Shown: piece by piece, positions 19,990-29,002 of the stretch | Numbering within the stretch: the first letter of the stretch is position 1 | Layout of the letters: every line of letters begins with the position of its first letter | DNA from: Candidatus Caccoplasma merdavium | Lineage (GTDB): Bacteria > Bacteroidota > Bacteroidia > Bacteroidales > UBA11471 | Length of the DNA stretch: 64,000 bases | Reading direction: 5' to 3' | NCBI GenBank assembly: GCA_018715595.1 | Contig: DVLI01000020.1 | Coordinates: forward strand, 12,586 to 76,585 | The notes under the pieces: generated by a model | Seen by the model: only the letters and a program-made list of their open reading frames with translations | The model's database searches: none | Told to the model about the DNA's origin: nothing | Translations under genes and position numbers: made by a program

Positions 19990-22197
19990 TTATTTATGGA
20001 CGACACGGTCATGCAGTTCTGCCAGTTTAGCGTGATTCCAACGGTCGGTCGCCCCAACGAGGTAACCGGTAATGCGTTGCAGGCGGTCGATGTGGTGACT
20101 TCCGCATTGGGGGCACACGTCGAGACCGTCTTGTGCGTCTTCATACCCGCAATCCATGCAGCGGTTCCGGTTGTGATTGACCGACCCGTAGCCGATGTCA
20201 TATTTGTCCATCAAGTCGACAATATCCATGATGGCCTCGGGATTGTGCGTGGCGTCGCCATCGATCTCGACATAGAAGATGTGTCCGCCGCGCGTGAGGT
20301 CGTGATAAGGTGCCTCGACTTCGGCCTTGTGGCGGGGGCTGCACTTATAGTAAACCGGCACATGGTTGGAATTGGTATAGTATTCCTTGTCGGTAACGCC
20401 GGGTATGATACCAAATTCCTTGCGGTCCTTGGCGGTAAATTTTCCCGACAAACCTTCGGCCGGAGTTGCCAAGATACTGAAATTATGGTGGTACTGCGCA
20501 GAAAATTCGTTGGCCCTGTCGCGCATGTAAGTGATGATGCGCAACCCCAGTGCCTGAGCGTCGGCATCTTCGCCGTGATGCTTGCCCGTGAGAGCCACCA
20601 GTGTCTCGGCCAGTCCGATGAATCCGATGCCCAAGGTCCCTTGATTGATGACATCGGCTATGGGCTCTCCGGGTTTGAGTTTTTCACACCCCACCCACAA
20701 CATCGACATCAACAACGGGAACTGTTTGGCCAATGTGGTTTTCTGGAAATTGTAGCGGTCTTCCAACTGACGGGCCGTCACATCGAGAATCTCATCGAGC
20801 TTGGCAAAAAAGGCATTGATGCGGTCTTCGCGATTGGTTATCGACATGCACTCTATGGCCATGCGCGGCAGGTTGAGCGTCGTAAAAGAGAGATTTCCCC
20901 GGCCAATGGAGGTTTTCTCACCAAACCGATTTTCAAAGACACGGGTGCGGCAACCCATCGTCGCCACCTCGTATTTATAACGTTCGGGGTCATCTTCGCG
21001 CCACTGCTCATGGTGATTGAAAGGGGCGTCGAGATTGAGGAAGTTGGGGAAGAAACGACGGGCCGTCACTCGGCAGGCATAGCAATAGAGGTCGTAGTTG
21101 CGGTCGGTAGGCAGATAACTTACCCCCCGTTTCTTTTTCCAGATTTGTATGGGGAATATGGCCGTAGAACCATTCCCCACGCCTTCGTAGGTGCTAATCA
21201 GAATTTCCCGTATGATGCAACGCCCCTCGGCCGATGTGTCGGTTCCATAATTTATCGAACTGAAAACCACTTGGTTTCCACCGCGGGAATGTATTGCATT
21301 CATATTATGGATAAATGCCTCCATCGACTGGTGCACGCGTCGCACCGTGTTATTGATGGCCTGCTGTTTGATGCGGGCATCGCCCGTGAGACCGTCGAGG
21401 TCGTGATAGAGATAATCATCGATGGGGGCATCATAGAGATGGGAATAGTCGGCTGCGGTAAATTTTTCGAGCCCTTTTATCTCTTCGATGTAACTGAGTC
21501 GCACATAAGGGGCCAGGTAAAAGTCGAACGCGGGAATGGCCTGACCGCCGTGCATCTCGTTCTGTGCCGTCTCCATGGATATGCACCCCAATATGCTGGC
21601 CGTCTCGATGCGTTTGGCCGGACGCGCCTCGCCGTGACCGGCACAAAACCCTTTTTTGAGAATCTTGTCGAGCGGGTGTTGCACACAGGTCAAACTCTTT
21701 GTGGGGTAATAGTCCTTGTCGTGTATATGTATGTATCCGTGACGGAGGGCATCGCGCGTCTCATCGCTCAGGAGGTAATCATCGACAAAAGGCTTGGTGG
21801 ACTCACTGGCAAACTTCATCATCATGCCGGCCGGCGTGTCGGCATTCATGTTGGCGTTCTCCCGGGTGATATCGTTCGACTTGGCGTTGATAATATCGAG
21901 GAACATCTCACGCGTCTTGGCTTTACGGGCAATGCTGCGCTGGTCGCGATAGGCGATGTATTTCTTGGCCACCTCCTTGCGCGGACTTTTCATCAACTCC
22001 ATCTCCACCCAGTCTTGTATCTCCTCGACACTCATCTGTTCGCGGCCGTTGCAAGCAATGCGGTCGGTAATTTTGCGAATGAGCGGCTCATCTTCACCTT
22101 TTTCGGTATGAAGCATTGCCTTGCGAATGGCCGCCATGATTTTCTCTTCGTTGAAGCCGACAATGCGACCGTCACGTTTGATAATGGTTTGTATCAT
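19990..22197 (-). CDS. nrdD: Class III anaerobic ribonucleoside-triphosphate reductase
   Basis: N-terminal ATP cone (IIKRDG), TPAEG, C-terminal CxxC...CPxC and the RITGYL glycyl-radical motif. Confidence 0.95.
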   Translation of the reverse strand: MIQTIIKRDGRIVGFNEEKIMAAIRKAMLHTEKGEDEPLIRKITDRIACNGREQMSVEEIQDWVEMELMKSPRKEVAKKYIAYRDQRSIARKAKTREMFLDIINAKSNDITRENANMNADTPAGMMMKFASESTKPFVDDYLLSDETRDALRHGYIHIHDKDYYPTKSLTCVQHPLDKILKKGFCAGHGEARPAKRIETASILGCISMETAQNEMHGGQAIPAFDFYLAPYVRLSYIEEIKGLEKFTAADYSHLYDAPIDDYLYHDLDGLTGDARIKQQAINNTVRRVHQSMEAFIHNMNAIHSRGGNQVVFSSINYGTDTSAEGRCIIREILISTYEGVGNGSTAIFPIQIWKKKRGVSYLPTDRNYDLYCYACRVTARRFFPNFLNLDAPFNHHEQWREDDPERYKYEVATMGCRTRVFENRFGEKTSIGRGNLSFTTLNLPRMAIECMSITNREDRINAFFAKLDEILDVTARQLEDRYNFQKTTLAKQFPLLMSMLWVGCEKLKPGEPIADVINQGTLGIGFIGLAETLVALTGKHHGEDADAQALGLRIITYMRDRANEFSAQYHHNFSILATPAEGLSGKFTAKDRKEFGIIPGVTDKEYYTNSNHVPVYYKCSPRHKAEVEAPYHDLTRGGHIFYVEIDGDATHNPEAIMDIVDLMDKYDIGYGSVNHNRNRCMDCGYEDAQDGLDVCPQCGSHHIDRLQRITGYLVGATDRWNHAKLAELHDRVVHK

Positions 22198-22314
22198 AAT
22201 TAGGGCATTAAAAAAATTTTATGCGATACAAAATGCAACGAAAAAGCGGAAGGGATAGGGCATGAGAGTGCCTGTTGTCCTGCTTTCGGCCCGAAGCATC
22301 GTTTACAACTCAAC

Positions 22315-22490
22315 ACCCGGCAGGTCTTCTGACTCGCTCCATCTGTTGCGCCTTCCCGGTCGTGCGGTTCAACGACCAGTGACTTTATTGAACAGACTTT
22401 ATTCGAAGCTCACAGCTACGGGGATAGTTCCTGTCTTGCACAGGATTCCCTTTTAATCTCATTTTTTCGGAATGAATTTGAGAACCGAAT
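22315..22490 (-). ncRNA. Cobalamin (B12) riboswitch in the nrdD leader
   Basis: Minus strand carries AAAAGGGAATCCTGTGCAAGACAGGAACTATCCCGTAGCTGT, CACTGGTCG...CGACCGGGAAGG and the B12 box GAGTCAGAAGACCTGCC. Confidence 0.93.
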
Positions 22491-22496
22491 GTGTGA

Positions 22497-22528
22497 CAAA
22501 AGTACAAAGAAGAGAATATCGGAGCAAA
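22497..22528 (-). promoter_or_regulatory. Promoter for the riboswitch-nrdD operon
   Basis: Minus-strand TTTG-N20-TACTTTTG immediately 5' of the riboswitch. Confidence 0.8.
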
Positions 22529-22774
22529 TATTTTCACAGAAAGTTTTCTATTTTGGAAAACTTTTCTGCATTCCATATTTTGAAAATCAATCAGAACAAC
22601 AAATTTACTACCTATATATCAATATATTACAAATATAGATGGCTTACTAAATTTATAAAATCAAGAAATCAGCCTACACGATAATGAATCAAGAAATGAA
22701 AACTACCCGCGCATTTTAAAGACATGACATTCCAAAAGGAATGCACATGTACCCATCAACCTGTCATAGGGGAA

Positions 22775-23740
22775 TCAAATATCGAGCTCATGTTTTATGG
22801 TATCGACTACGTCGAAAACCAACGATTGTATGGGGGTAATCACCGACTTGTGTAATTCTTCTCGGGGAACAAACACACGCAACCCGCCCTTGACACATTT
22901 AATATCGATGCGCTCCGACATCTCAACAGGTTCGCCATCGAGATGCATTATACCCTCACGCTCACGCGTAACGGTCAAAGCAGGGGTTTCAAATGTCTTG
23001 ACATTCGGGCTGACACTAATCCATTTCGTAAATAACTGCACAGCCATAGGCAATACGTCAATCGGTGTGAGGGGGAACATAATCGTCACATCGATTTTCC
23101 CGTCGTGCAGACTTGCCCGCGGAGTAATATAGGCATTGTTGCCATATTGAGAGGTATTACCGCAAGCAACGATAAAGGCTTTTTCTTGTATCACGCCATC
23201 GGCCGTCTCGATGCGATAAACCTCATTCTTATAGGTCAGGTATTCTTCGACAGCTTTCTTTATGTAGGTCATCTTGCCGCGATGCTTGTCTTCGGCAAAT
23301 TTTTTACTCACCCAAGCATCGAATCCCATGCCACAAGTGCAGAAAAATGGCCGTTCGTTGGCCATGCAATAGTCGATGTTGTCGACAATGGCATCATTGA
23401 AGATTTGCAATGCACGCAAGGGATTGAGCGGTATTCCCAAATGCCGCGCCAACCCGTTTCCCGATCCTACGGGTATGATACCCAACGCGACATCGGTCTG
23501 CACAAGCGAACCGGCTATTTCGTTACATGTTCCGTCACCGCCCACCGAAACGACCATATCATACCCCTTCTCCACGGCCTGTCGCGCCAACTCCGAGGCA
23601 TGACCGCCGTATTGGGTAAAGACAATCTCCGGCTCGAAAAGGTCTTTATCGAGAGTCGTCTCGATCCATGTGGGAATATTCGCCTTGGAATGAGTTCCCG
23701 AAATCGGATTTATGACAAATAATGTTTTTTTTCGCGCCAT
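22775..23740 (-). CDS. Diacylglycerol kinase family lipid kinase (YegS/DgkB-like)
   Basis: INPISG, VGGDGT and IPVGSGNGLARHL motifs. Confidence 0.9.
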   Translation of the reverse strand: MARKKTLFVINPISGTHSKANIPTWIETTLDKDLFEPEIVFTQYGGHASELARQAVEKGYDMVVSVGGDGTCNEIAGSLVQTDVALGIIPVGSGNGLARHLGIPLNPLRALQIFNDAIVDNIDYCMANERPFFCTCGMGFDAWVSKKFAEDKHRGKMTYIKKAVEEYLTYKNEVYRIETADGVIQEKAFIVACGNTSQYGNNAYITPRASLHDGKIDVTIMFPLTPIDVLPMAVQLFTKWISVSPNVKTFETPALTVTREREGIMHLDGEPVEMSERIDIKCVKGGLRVFVPREELHKSVITPIQSLVFDVVDTIKHELDI

Positions 23741-23875
23741 GCAGAAAGAGGCTGTTTTTTTAATGCAACAAAGATAACCGAAAAAAACGACTTTCAGCCA
23801 TAGAAAATTATCCTCCGGGATAGAAACGTTGTTCTTTTTTTCGGTATGAAATATTTTTATTCAACATCAATGAGC

Positions 23876-23883
23876 TATCTTTG
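23876..23883 (+). promoter_or_regulatory. -7 promoter element for the HdeD-like gene
   Basis: TATCTTTG 26 nt upstream of the ATG. Confidence 0.6.
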
Positions 23884-23909
23884 TTATACAAAAACATATA
23901 TCCTCATCT

Positions 23910-24434
23910 ATGGAAGCACTCTTCAAAAATCCCATCATTCGCAACCTGCTGGCAATCGCCTTGGGCGTAGTTGTCATCATCAATCCGCAACTAGGTCCCA
24001 ACATCGTCATCATGCTCATCGGTGCCATCTTGGCTATTCCCGCCGTACTGGCGATTATCGGATATTTCACTTATAAAAATCGAGAAACCCCGCTACCGGG
24101 CTATGTCCTCGTCGAAAGCATAGGCGCCCTCATCATCGGCGTGTGGATGCTGTTGCAGCCCGCCTTCTTCAATGCCGTCGTACTTATTGCCTTAGGCATC
24201 ATATTGCTCTTGGCCAGCATTTCCGAAATCGTAGCACTTATCCGTTCGAGCAGCCTCATGCCCATTCCTGCAATCATGTATGTCGCGCCAATTCTCATTG
24301 CGGCAGCCGGACTCTTCATGATATTCAAGCCATTCGGAACGGCCAATCTCATCATGACGATTTTCGGTATATCAATGATTCTATATGGTATATCCGACAT
24401 AATACGTTACTACAAATACCGTCGGCAACAATAA
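23910..24434 (+). CDS. HdeD/DUF308 family membrane protein
   Basis: Six short hydrophobic helices in a repeated pattern. Confidence 0.72.
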   Translation: MEALFKNPIIRNLLAIALGVVVIINPQLGPNIVIMLIGAILAIPAVLAIIGYFTYKNRETPLPGYVLVESIGALIIGVWMLLQPAFFNAVVLIALGIILLLASISEIVALIRSSSLMPIPAIMYVAPILIAAAGLFMIFKPFGTANLIMTIFGISMILYGISDIIRYYKYRRQQ

Positions 24435-24448
24435 TCCCGACAACAAAC

Positions 24449-24491
24449 AAAAGCTGGGGCGGATAGTCAATTACTATCCGCCCCAGCTTTT
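24449..24491. terminator. Bidirectional terminator
   Basis: AAAAGCTGGGGCGGATAGT-CAATT-ACTATCCGCCCCAGCTTTT between convergent genes. Confidence 0.88.
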
Positions 24492-24509
24492 TATTCTCCG
24501 TGCAGGGAA

Positions 24510-24938
24510 CTATTCCGCACTTTTTTCTTCACCGTCGGCGGCACTCTCTTCGGGGATAAAATCGGTAATTCCCGACTGTATCAATAAATTATACCACGAG
24601 ATGAGTTTGCTGATGTCGGTGGGATAAACCCGCTCGCGGTCAAAATCGGGCAACACTTCGGCAAAATAGGCACGCAAAGCCTCCTTGTCGGCTTTGGGAG
24701 AAATAGAGGCCACAGCCCCGTTCTCTTTCTGTTTCACGCTTTCGAGCACTTTATAAAGGGGTTCTTCTCCACTCTCGGTGTACATGGCGATGTCGCCCAG
24801 CGAAGTTACCTTGTCGTGGCTATATGCCAAGGAACGTTTTCCGGTCGTCAAAGCCTCTACGATCAATGCACCTTTGGCCTGCGAGACCAGTTTGAAAAGC
24901 CCGGGACGTCCCGATATGGATAAAATTTTCTTCAACAT
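24510..24938 (-). CDS. DUF5606/DUF6852 family conserved Bacteroidetes protein
   Basis: ILSISGRPGLFKL, LGDIAMYT and FDRERVY motifs. Confidence 0.8.
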   Translation of the reverse strand: MLKKILSISGRPGLFKLVSQAKGALIVEALTTGKRSLAYSHDKVTSLGDIAMYTESGEEPLYKVLESVKQKENGAVASISPKADKEALRAYFAEVLPDFDRERVYPTDISKLISWYNLLIQSGITDFIPEESAADGEEKSAE

Positions 24939-25036
24939 GTTCTTTTTCGTGTTTTGGTATTTGATGAGGCAAATGTAATATAGATTCCCGATATAATCAA
25001 GCCATCAATGACACAAACCCGTCAGCAAAAACTTCC

Positions 25037-25615
25037 TCACAGGGTTGCAAGCGCACTAAGGATTTGAGGGATAATAGGTTTTTCATCGCTATTCGTAATG
25101 ATTCGTGATGAAAATTTTTCTTTCTCGACATCGGGCATTTGCGCCCGGATACGCGACACGGCCTCCTCGCGAGAGCAACCGTTGCGGGCCATGATGCGGG
25201 CCATGCGAGTCTCTTCGGGAGCCGTCACCAACCATATCTCATCGACCGCATCGGCAAAGTGTGCCTCGACGAGTATGGCCGATTCCATAAAGACGGCCGA
25301 CTCATCGGCCCTGCTCCGGCACCATTTCTCAAAATCGGCTTTCACAGCCGGGTGCACGATGGCGTTCAGGCGCTTCAATGCTGCTTCATCGGCAAAAACC
25401 CGTCCGGCTAAACGGGCGCGGTCGAGATGTCCGCCGGCATCATACATTTCGCTACCGAACTCCTCCACAAGCCCGGCTTTGATTTGCGGCGAAGTATCCA
25501 TCAACATTTTGGCCTGCCGGTCGCTGTCGTAGACCGAATAGCCCGACATGTGAAGGAATCGGCACACGACCGATTTTCCACTGCCGATTCCGCCGGTAAT
25601 GCCTATGCGCTTCAT
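25037..25615 (-). CDS. coaE: Dephospho-CoA kinase
   Basis: GITGGIGSGKS, LDRARLA, LNAIVHP and ESAIL motifs. Confidence 0.94.
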   Translation of the reverse strand: MKRIGITGGIGSGKSVVCRFLHMSGYSVYDSDRQAKMLMDTSPQIKAGLVEEFGSEMYDAGGHLDRARLAGRVFADEAALKRLNAIVHPAVKADFEKWCRSRADESAVFMESAILVEAHFADAVDEIWLVTAPEETRMARIMARNGCSREEAVSRIRAQMPDVEKEKFSSRIITNSDEKPIIPQILSALATL

Positions 25616-25621
25616 GGCCTA

Positions 25622-26629
25622 TCAGTGTTTCTGTTCCAATATATATTCGACACTGTCGGGAACGACTTTCACATAATAGGCGGCACCGGGAGTGCGCGTG
25701 ATTTTCAACGGCAACTTTTCGGGCGCGTTACGCGTCTCGTTATAATCGACCGACACGGATACGTCTTGTGCCGAAATTTGAGAGAAACGGCTCACAGGCA
25801 CCATGCAATCGACACGCACCGTTGCCGGGAAAGTCAGCAAGTTGACGTTGCGGGGTTGGTTGACAACCGACACCGAAACGGGTATCGACTTGGAAGTCAG
25901 CTCTTCGACAGGGACGGTAAGTTTTACTTGATGGGGAACGATTTTCACGCCTTTGATTCGATGCAAGGGCACCGTTTGGGTCAAAGTCTGTGACAAATCC
26001 TTGAATGCAAAAGAATCGGTCTCGACACTTGTAATCGTATTGAGCAGATATTCGGGCGCGTAAACCTGCACCGAATCGACATCGGACTGGATTTTTCCGC
26101 TGATAATGCACTGGGGAACCGTCGTTACCGAACCTTCAATACGCACCTTGACCTTTTTCCCGGGCGCCTGGGTGTAGTAAACCGCCAATGTGTCGAGCGA
26201 TAGCGATGTCAGGTTGGTCGTGTTGCGCAAGTTTTTCGAGATAAGGCTTTTTATCTCCTCCGATGTAAGTATGAAAGCATTCCGATTATTGGCATATTGG
26301 CGGAAATCGACTTCAAAGGCGGGGATTCCTTCGAGCGTGTAATTCATCAACACGGCACCCTCGTCTCTCAAATGCACCGTAACCGAGGTGGGAAGGTCAC
26401 AGGTTATAATGGTATTGTCGGGAATATTGGTATATTTTATGGGTATGCGATAGACCGTGTTCATGTCTTCTCCCAATGATTGCATCATCCAAAACAAGAA
26501 AGAAAGGGCGACAAACAGAAGGAAAGTCAATATGTCTTTACTCCTCTCACTCTGCAAACGGCTCCGCAGACCACTAAATTTCTGCCGGAGAAATGCCCTT
26601 ATCCTCAACCGTTTTTTTCTTTTTGTCAT
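25622..26629 (-). CDS. YbbR/CdaR-like domain protein
   Basis: N-terminal membrane anchor followed by beta-rich YbbR-type repeats; lies between yajC and coaE. Confidence 0.75.
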   Translation of the reverse strand: MTKRKKRLRIRAFLRQKFSGLRSRLQSERSKDILTFLLFVALSFLFWMMQSLGEDMNTVYRIPIKYTNIPDNTIITCDLPTSVTVHLRDEGAVLMNYTLEGIPAFEVDFRQYANNRNAFILTSEEIKSLISKNLRNTTNLTSLSLDTLAVYYTQAPGKKVKVRIEGSVTTVPQCIISGKIQSDVDSVQVYAPEYLLNTITSVETDSFAFKDLSQTLTQTVPLHRIKGVKIVPHQVKLTVPVEELTSKSIPVSVSVVNQPRNVNLLTFPATVRVDCMVPVSRFSQISAQDVSVSVDYNETRNAPEKLPLKITRTPGAAYYVKVVPDSVEYILEQKH

Positions 26630-26830
26630 TACAGGTTCTTCGTTGTATTTTGTCGGTAAAGATAAGGTTTTTCATCGAAATTAGACATTCGTGAAACGAT
26701 TTTTATGGCAAAGAGGGTACACGACCTTGTTCCCAAGTGTCCGGCCCGAATGACGAAAGCAACGGCCGGACAAAAGAGCGACATTCCCAGAGGCCCAAAC
26801 GTTGTCATATCTCATCACGCATCGCAGGGC

Positions 26831-26866
26831 AAAAAAGAAGGGCCGGGAGACGTACCGGCCCTTCTT
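26831..26866 (-). terminator. Terminator after yajC
   Basis: AAGAAGGGCCGG/CCGGCCCTTCTT stem with a T run on the minus strand. Confidence 0.8.
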
Positions 26867-26885
26867 CATGAAAAATAAAAATTTC

Positions 26886-27212
26886 TTACTTGGCAGGAGT
26901 CGTATTGGCGGTATCGGCCGTAGAAGCATAAATAGAACCTTTGTCTACGGTAATGCGCACGTTATCGGCAATTTCCACGATGACGGTATTGTCTTTGATA
27001 CCTTTTACTTTTCCGTGGATACCACCGGCAGTAATCACTTTTTGGCCTTCGGTGAGAGCTTCACGGAATTTGCGGATTTCTTTTTGGCGTTTGCTCTGCG
27101 GACGAATCATGAAAAAATAGAATATGGCAATAAGAGCCACCATCATGATAATACTCGAATAGTTCGATGCAGGAGATGCTGCTTCTTGCAGGAGAATGGT
27201 CAATAATGTCAT
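26886..27212 (-). CDS. yajC: Preprotein translocase subunit YajC
   Basis: FYFFMIRPQ and VITAGGIHG motifs. Confidence 0.95.
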   Translation of the reverse strand: MTLLTILLQEAASPASNYSSIIMMVALIAIFYFFMIRPQSKRQKEIRKFREALTEGQKVITAGGIHGKVKGIKDNTVIVEIADNVRITVDKGSIYASTADTANTTPAK

Positions 27213-27269
27213 AGTTGTTTTTATTTATTATAGGTATTAGTTAATTTTAGGGTATAACAATTATCGGTG

Positions 27270-28190
27270 TTATTTTTCCAGACGTCCCTCTTTTTTTAAC
27301 AAAGAGGTAATGGCTTCGAGCACACCGTTAATGAATGTCCCGCTCTTTGCCGTACTGTATGATTTGGCGATTTCGATATATTCGTTGAACGATACCTGCA
27401 ACGGAATGGACGGGAAGGAGGTAATCTCGGCCAAGGCCACAATCATGATGACAATATCCATGAAGGCGATACGCTCGATTTCCCAATTACGCGTAAACTG
27501 CTCGATCAGGTTTTTGTTGGCCTGGCTGTCGAGCAAGGCACGACGGAAGAGGGTACGGGCAAATGCACGGTCGTCTTCGTCCTTGAACATGGGCAAAAGT
27601 TCTTGGTCGGCACCGGCCGACTCGTCGAAACGTTTGACGGTTTTGAGGACGAAGGTCGAGATTATGGGCATATCGTCGTTCCAATAAAGGCTTTGGGACT
27701 CCAAGATGTCTCCCAGATTGTCATCGGTAAAAATCAAATGGCGATAAACGTTTTTCCAAAACGTGCGGTCGTTTTCGTAGGAATCCTCGGCTTGCAGATA
27801 TTGGGCATACATCTCCGACGAGAGAATGCGGTCGAGCAAAGAGCGCAGGTAGTTGCTGTCGTCGCTCCATACCAACGGACGCTCCTCCACATATTTTGCA
27901 AATGCCTTGTCACTTTCCAACTGGGCAACGAAACGGTTGTCGACCAGTCGGGTATTGGGCATTTTTTCTTCGGGAGTAGCGGTAAATTTGCTACGGGCAT
28001 TTTCGAGACGCAAGCGTTGAAGGCGTGTCAGCTCTACGGGAATAAGCAGCAGCAAATGATACAACTCGTATGATTTGTCAAGACTCGCAAAGAGTTCTTT
28101 CTCGGCCACATCAATACTTTTTTCACCGTCTATAAGATAGGAATAGACGATTTGCACCACTTTTGTCCGTATCAAAGCACGATTGATCAT
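27270..28190 (-). CDS. nusB: Transcription antitermination factor NusB (long Bacteroidetes form)
   Basis: MINRALIRTKVVQ start; NEYIEIAKSYS and FINGVL motifs. Confidence 0.92.
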   Translation of the reverse strand: MINRALIRTKVVQIVYSYLIDGEKSIDVAEKELFASLDKSYELYHLLLLIPVELTRLQRLRLENARSKFTATPEEKMPNTRLVDNRFVAQLESDKAFAKYVEERPLVWSDDSNYLRSLLDRILSSEMYAQYLQAEDSYENDRTFWKNVYRHLIFTDDNLGDILESQSLYWNDDMPIISTFVLKTVKRFDESAGADQELLPMFKDEDDRAFARTLFRRALLDSQANKNLIEQFTRNWEIERIAFMDIVIMIVALAEITSFPSIPLQVSFNEYIEIAKSYSTAKSGTFINGVLEAITSLLKKEGRLEK

Positions 28191-28413
28191 TTCACCAAAT
28201 TTATTTTTCGGCCGTAAAGGTACAATATTTTTGAAGTTTCCCAATCAACCCCCTATTCTTTTTTTCTGTAATGCGTAACATGACAAGAAAATAGACACAT
28301 TTTAGTAAATTTTCATATTTATAAGGTTGTTCGATAAAAATTTATTCACGTTATTTGTGATGTCAGTTGTTAATTATTGGGAGTTCTGCCTTTATCATTT
28401 ATTGCATTAATAT

Positions 28414-28692
28414 ATGGACGATGAATTAGTTACACCACTTGAAAACGACATTATTTTTTCAAGAAGCATCAAAGCCGGTAGGCGCATTTATTATTTCGAC
28501 GTTAAGAAAAACAACAATGGGGATTTATTTTTGGCGATTACCGAAAGCAAACGCATCATGACAAACGAAGAAAGCCAAATGGTTCAATTTGAAAAACACA
28601 AAATCTTCCTCTATCCCAAAGATTTTGACAAATTTACCAACGGCATTGGTGAAGTCATGGAATATATCAAAAACATTGCTGAGAAAAAATAA
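28414..28692 (+). CDS. DUF3276/PUR-like nucleic-acid-binding protein
   Basis: FSRSIKAGRRIYYFDVK, LAITESK and HKIFLYPKDF motifs. Confidence 0.85.
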   Translation: MDDELVTPLENDIIFSRSIKAGRRIYYFDVKKNNNGDLFLAITESKRIMTNEESQMVQFEKHKIFLYPKDFDKFTNGIGEVMEYIKNIAEKK

Positions 28693-28727
28693 AAAAAGAA
28701 GGTCCCGACTCTCACGAGCCAACCTTC
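28691..28727 (-). terminator. Minus-strand terminator with no annotated upstream gene
   Basis: Minus strand GAAGGTTGGCTC-GTGA-GAGTCGGGACCTTC followed by seven T. Confidence 0.65.
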
Positions 28728-28938
28728 CCAGAGCTTGAAATATATCAAAAACAAGAAAGAGGATAGTCTTATTCTATTGAGAATAAGTAGGATAAATACC
28801 AATGAAACACACAAAAACGAGAATATGTCTTCTTGACTGTTTTGATAGGAAACTCAAACGCTTTTGAGTTGCATTTCTGTCTATAAAACAAAGTGCCGGC
28901 CGATTTGTTCGCCGACACTTTGTTGTTCGTGCACTTTT

Positions 28939-28971
28939 TTTGTCAGGAGTGAATAAAAAAAAGTATCTTTG
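28939..28971 (+). promoter_or_regulatory. Promoter for the FNT gene
   Basis: TTTG-N21-TATCTTTG. Confidence 0.75.
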
Positions 28972-29002
28972 CCTCGTACTGAAAATCTTCTTTCCCCTGG
29001 CT

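Noticed and set aside
19990-22197. Intein or group I/II intron in nrdD, a common host gene
   Set aside because: The length (735 aa) is normal, the frame is continuous, and no LAGLIDADG or splicing motifs are visible
19918-22203. Very long antisense ORFs (761 aa opposite nrdD; also 46229-47959, 61566-63677, 41271-42872, 6652-8229 and others)
   Set aside because: They shadow well-supported genes on the other strand, show no motifs, and are expected when codon bias makes TTA/CTA/TCA rare in the real frame
22595-22640. Possible NrdR box upstream of nrdD
   Set aside because: Only a loose match within very AT-rich DNA, and about 100 nt from the promoter
26738-26772. TGTCCGGCC/GGCCGGACA hairpin with GAAA in the loop (ribozyme-like?)
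   Set aside because: It lacks the hammerhead CUGANGA core; it is more simply an extra intergenic hairpin between the yajC terminator and the ybbR promoter
28611-28814. Hydrophobic 67-aa minus-strand ORF as a type I toxin
   Set aside because: Its hydrophobicity follows from the T-rich strand; it crosses the terminator and overlaps DUF3276, and it uses a non-ATG start
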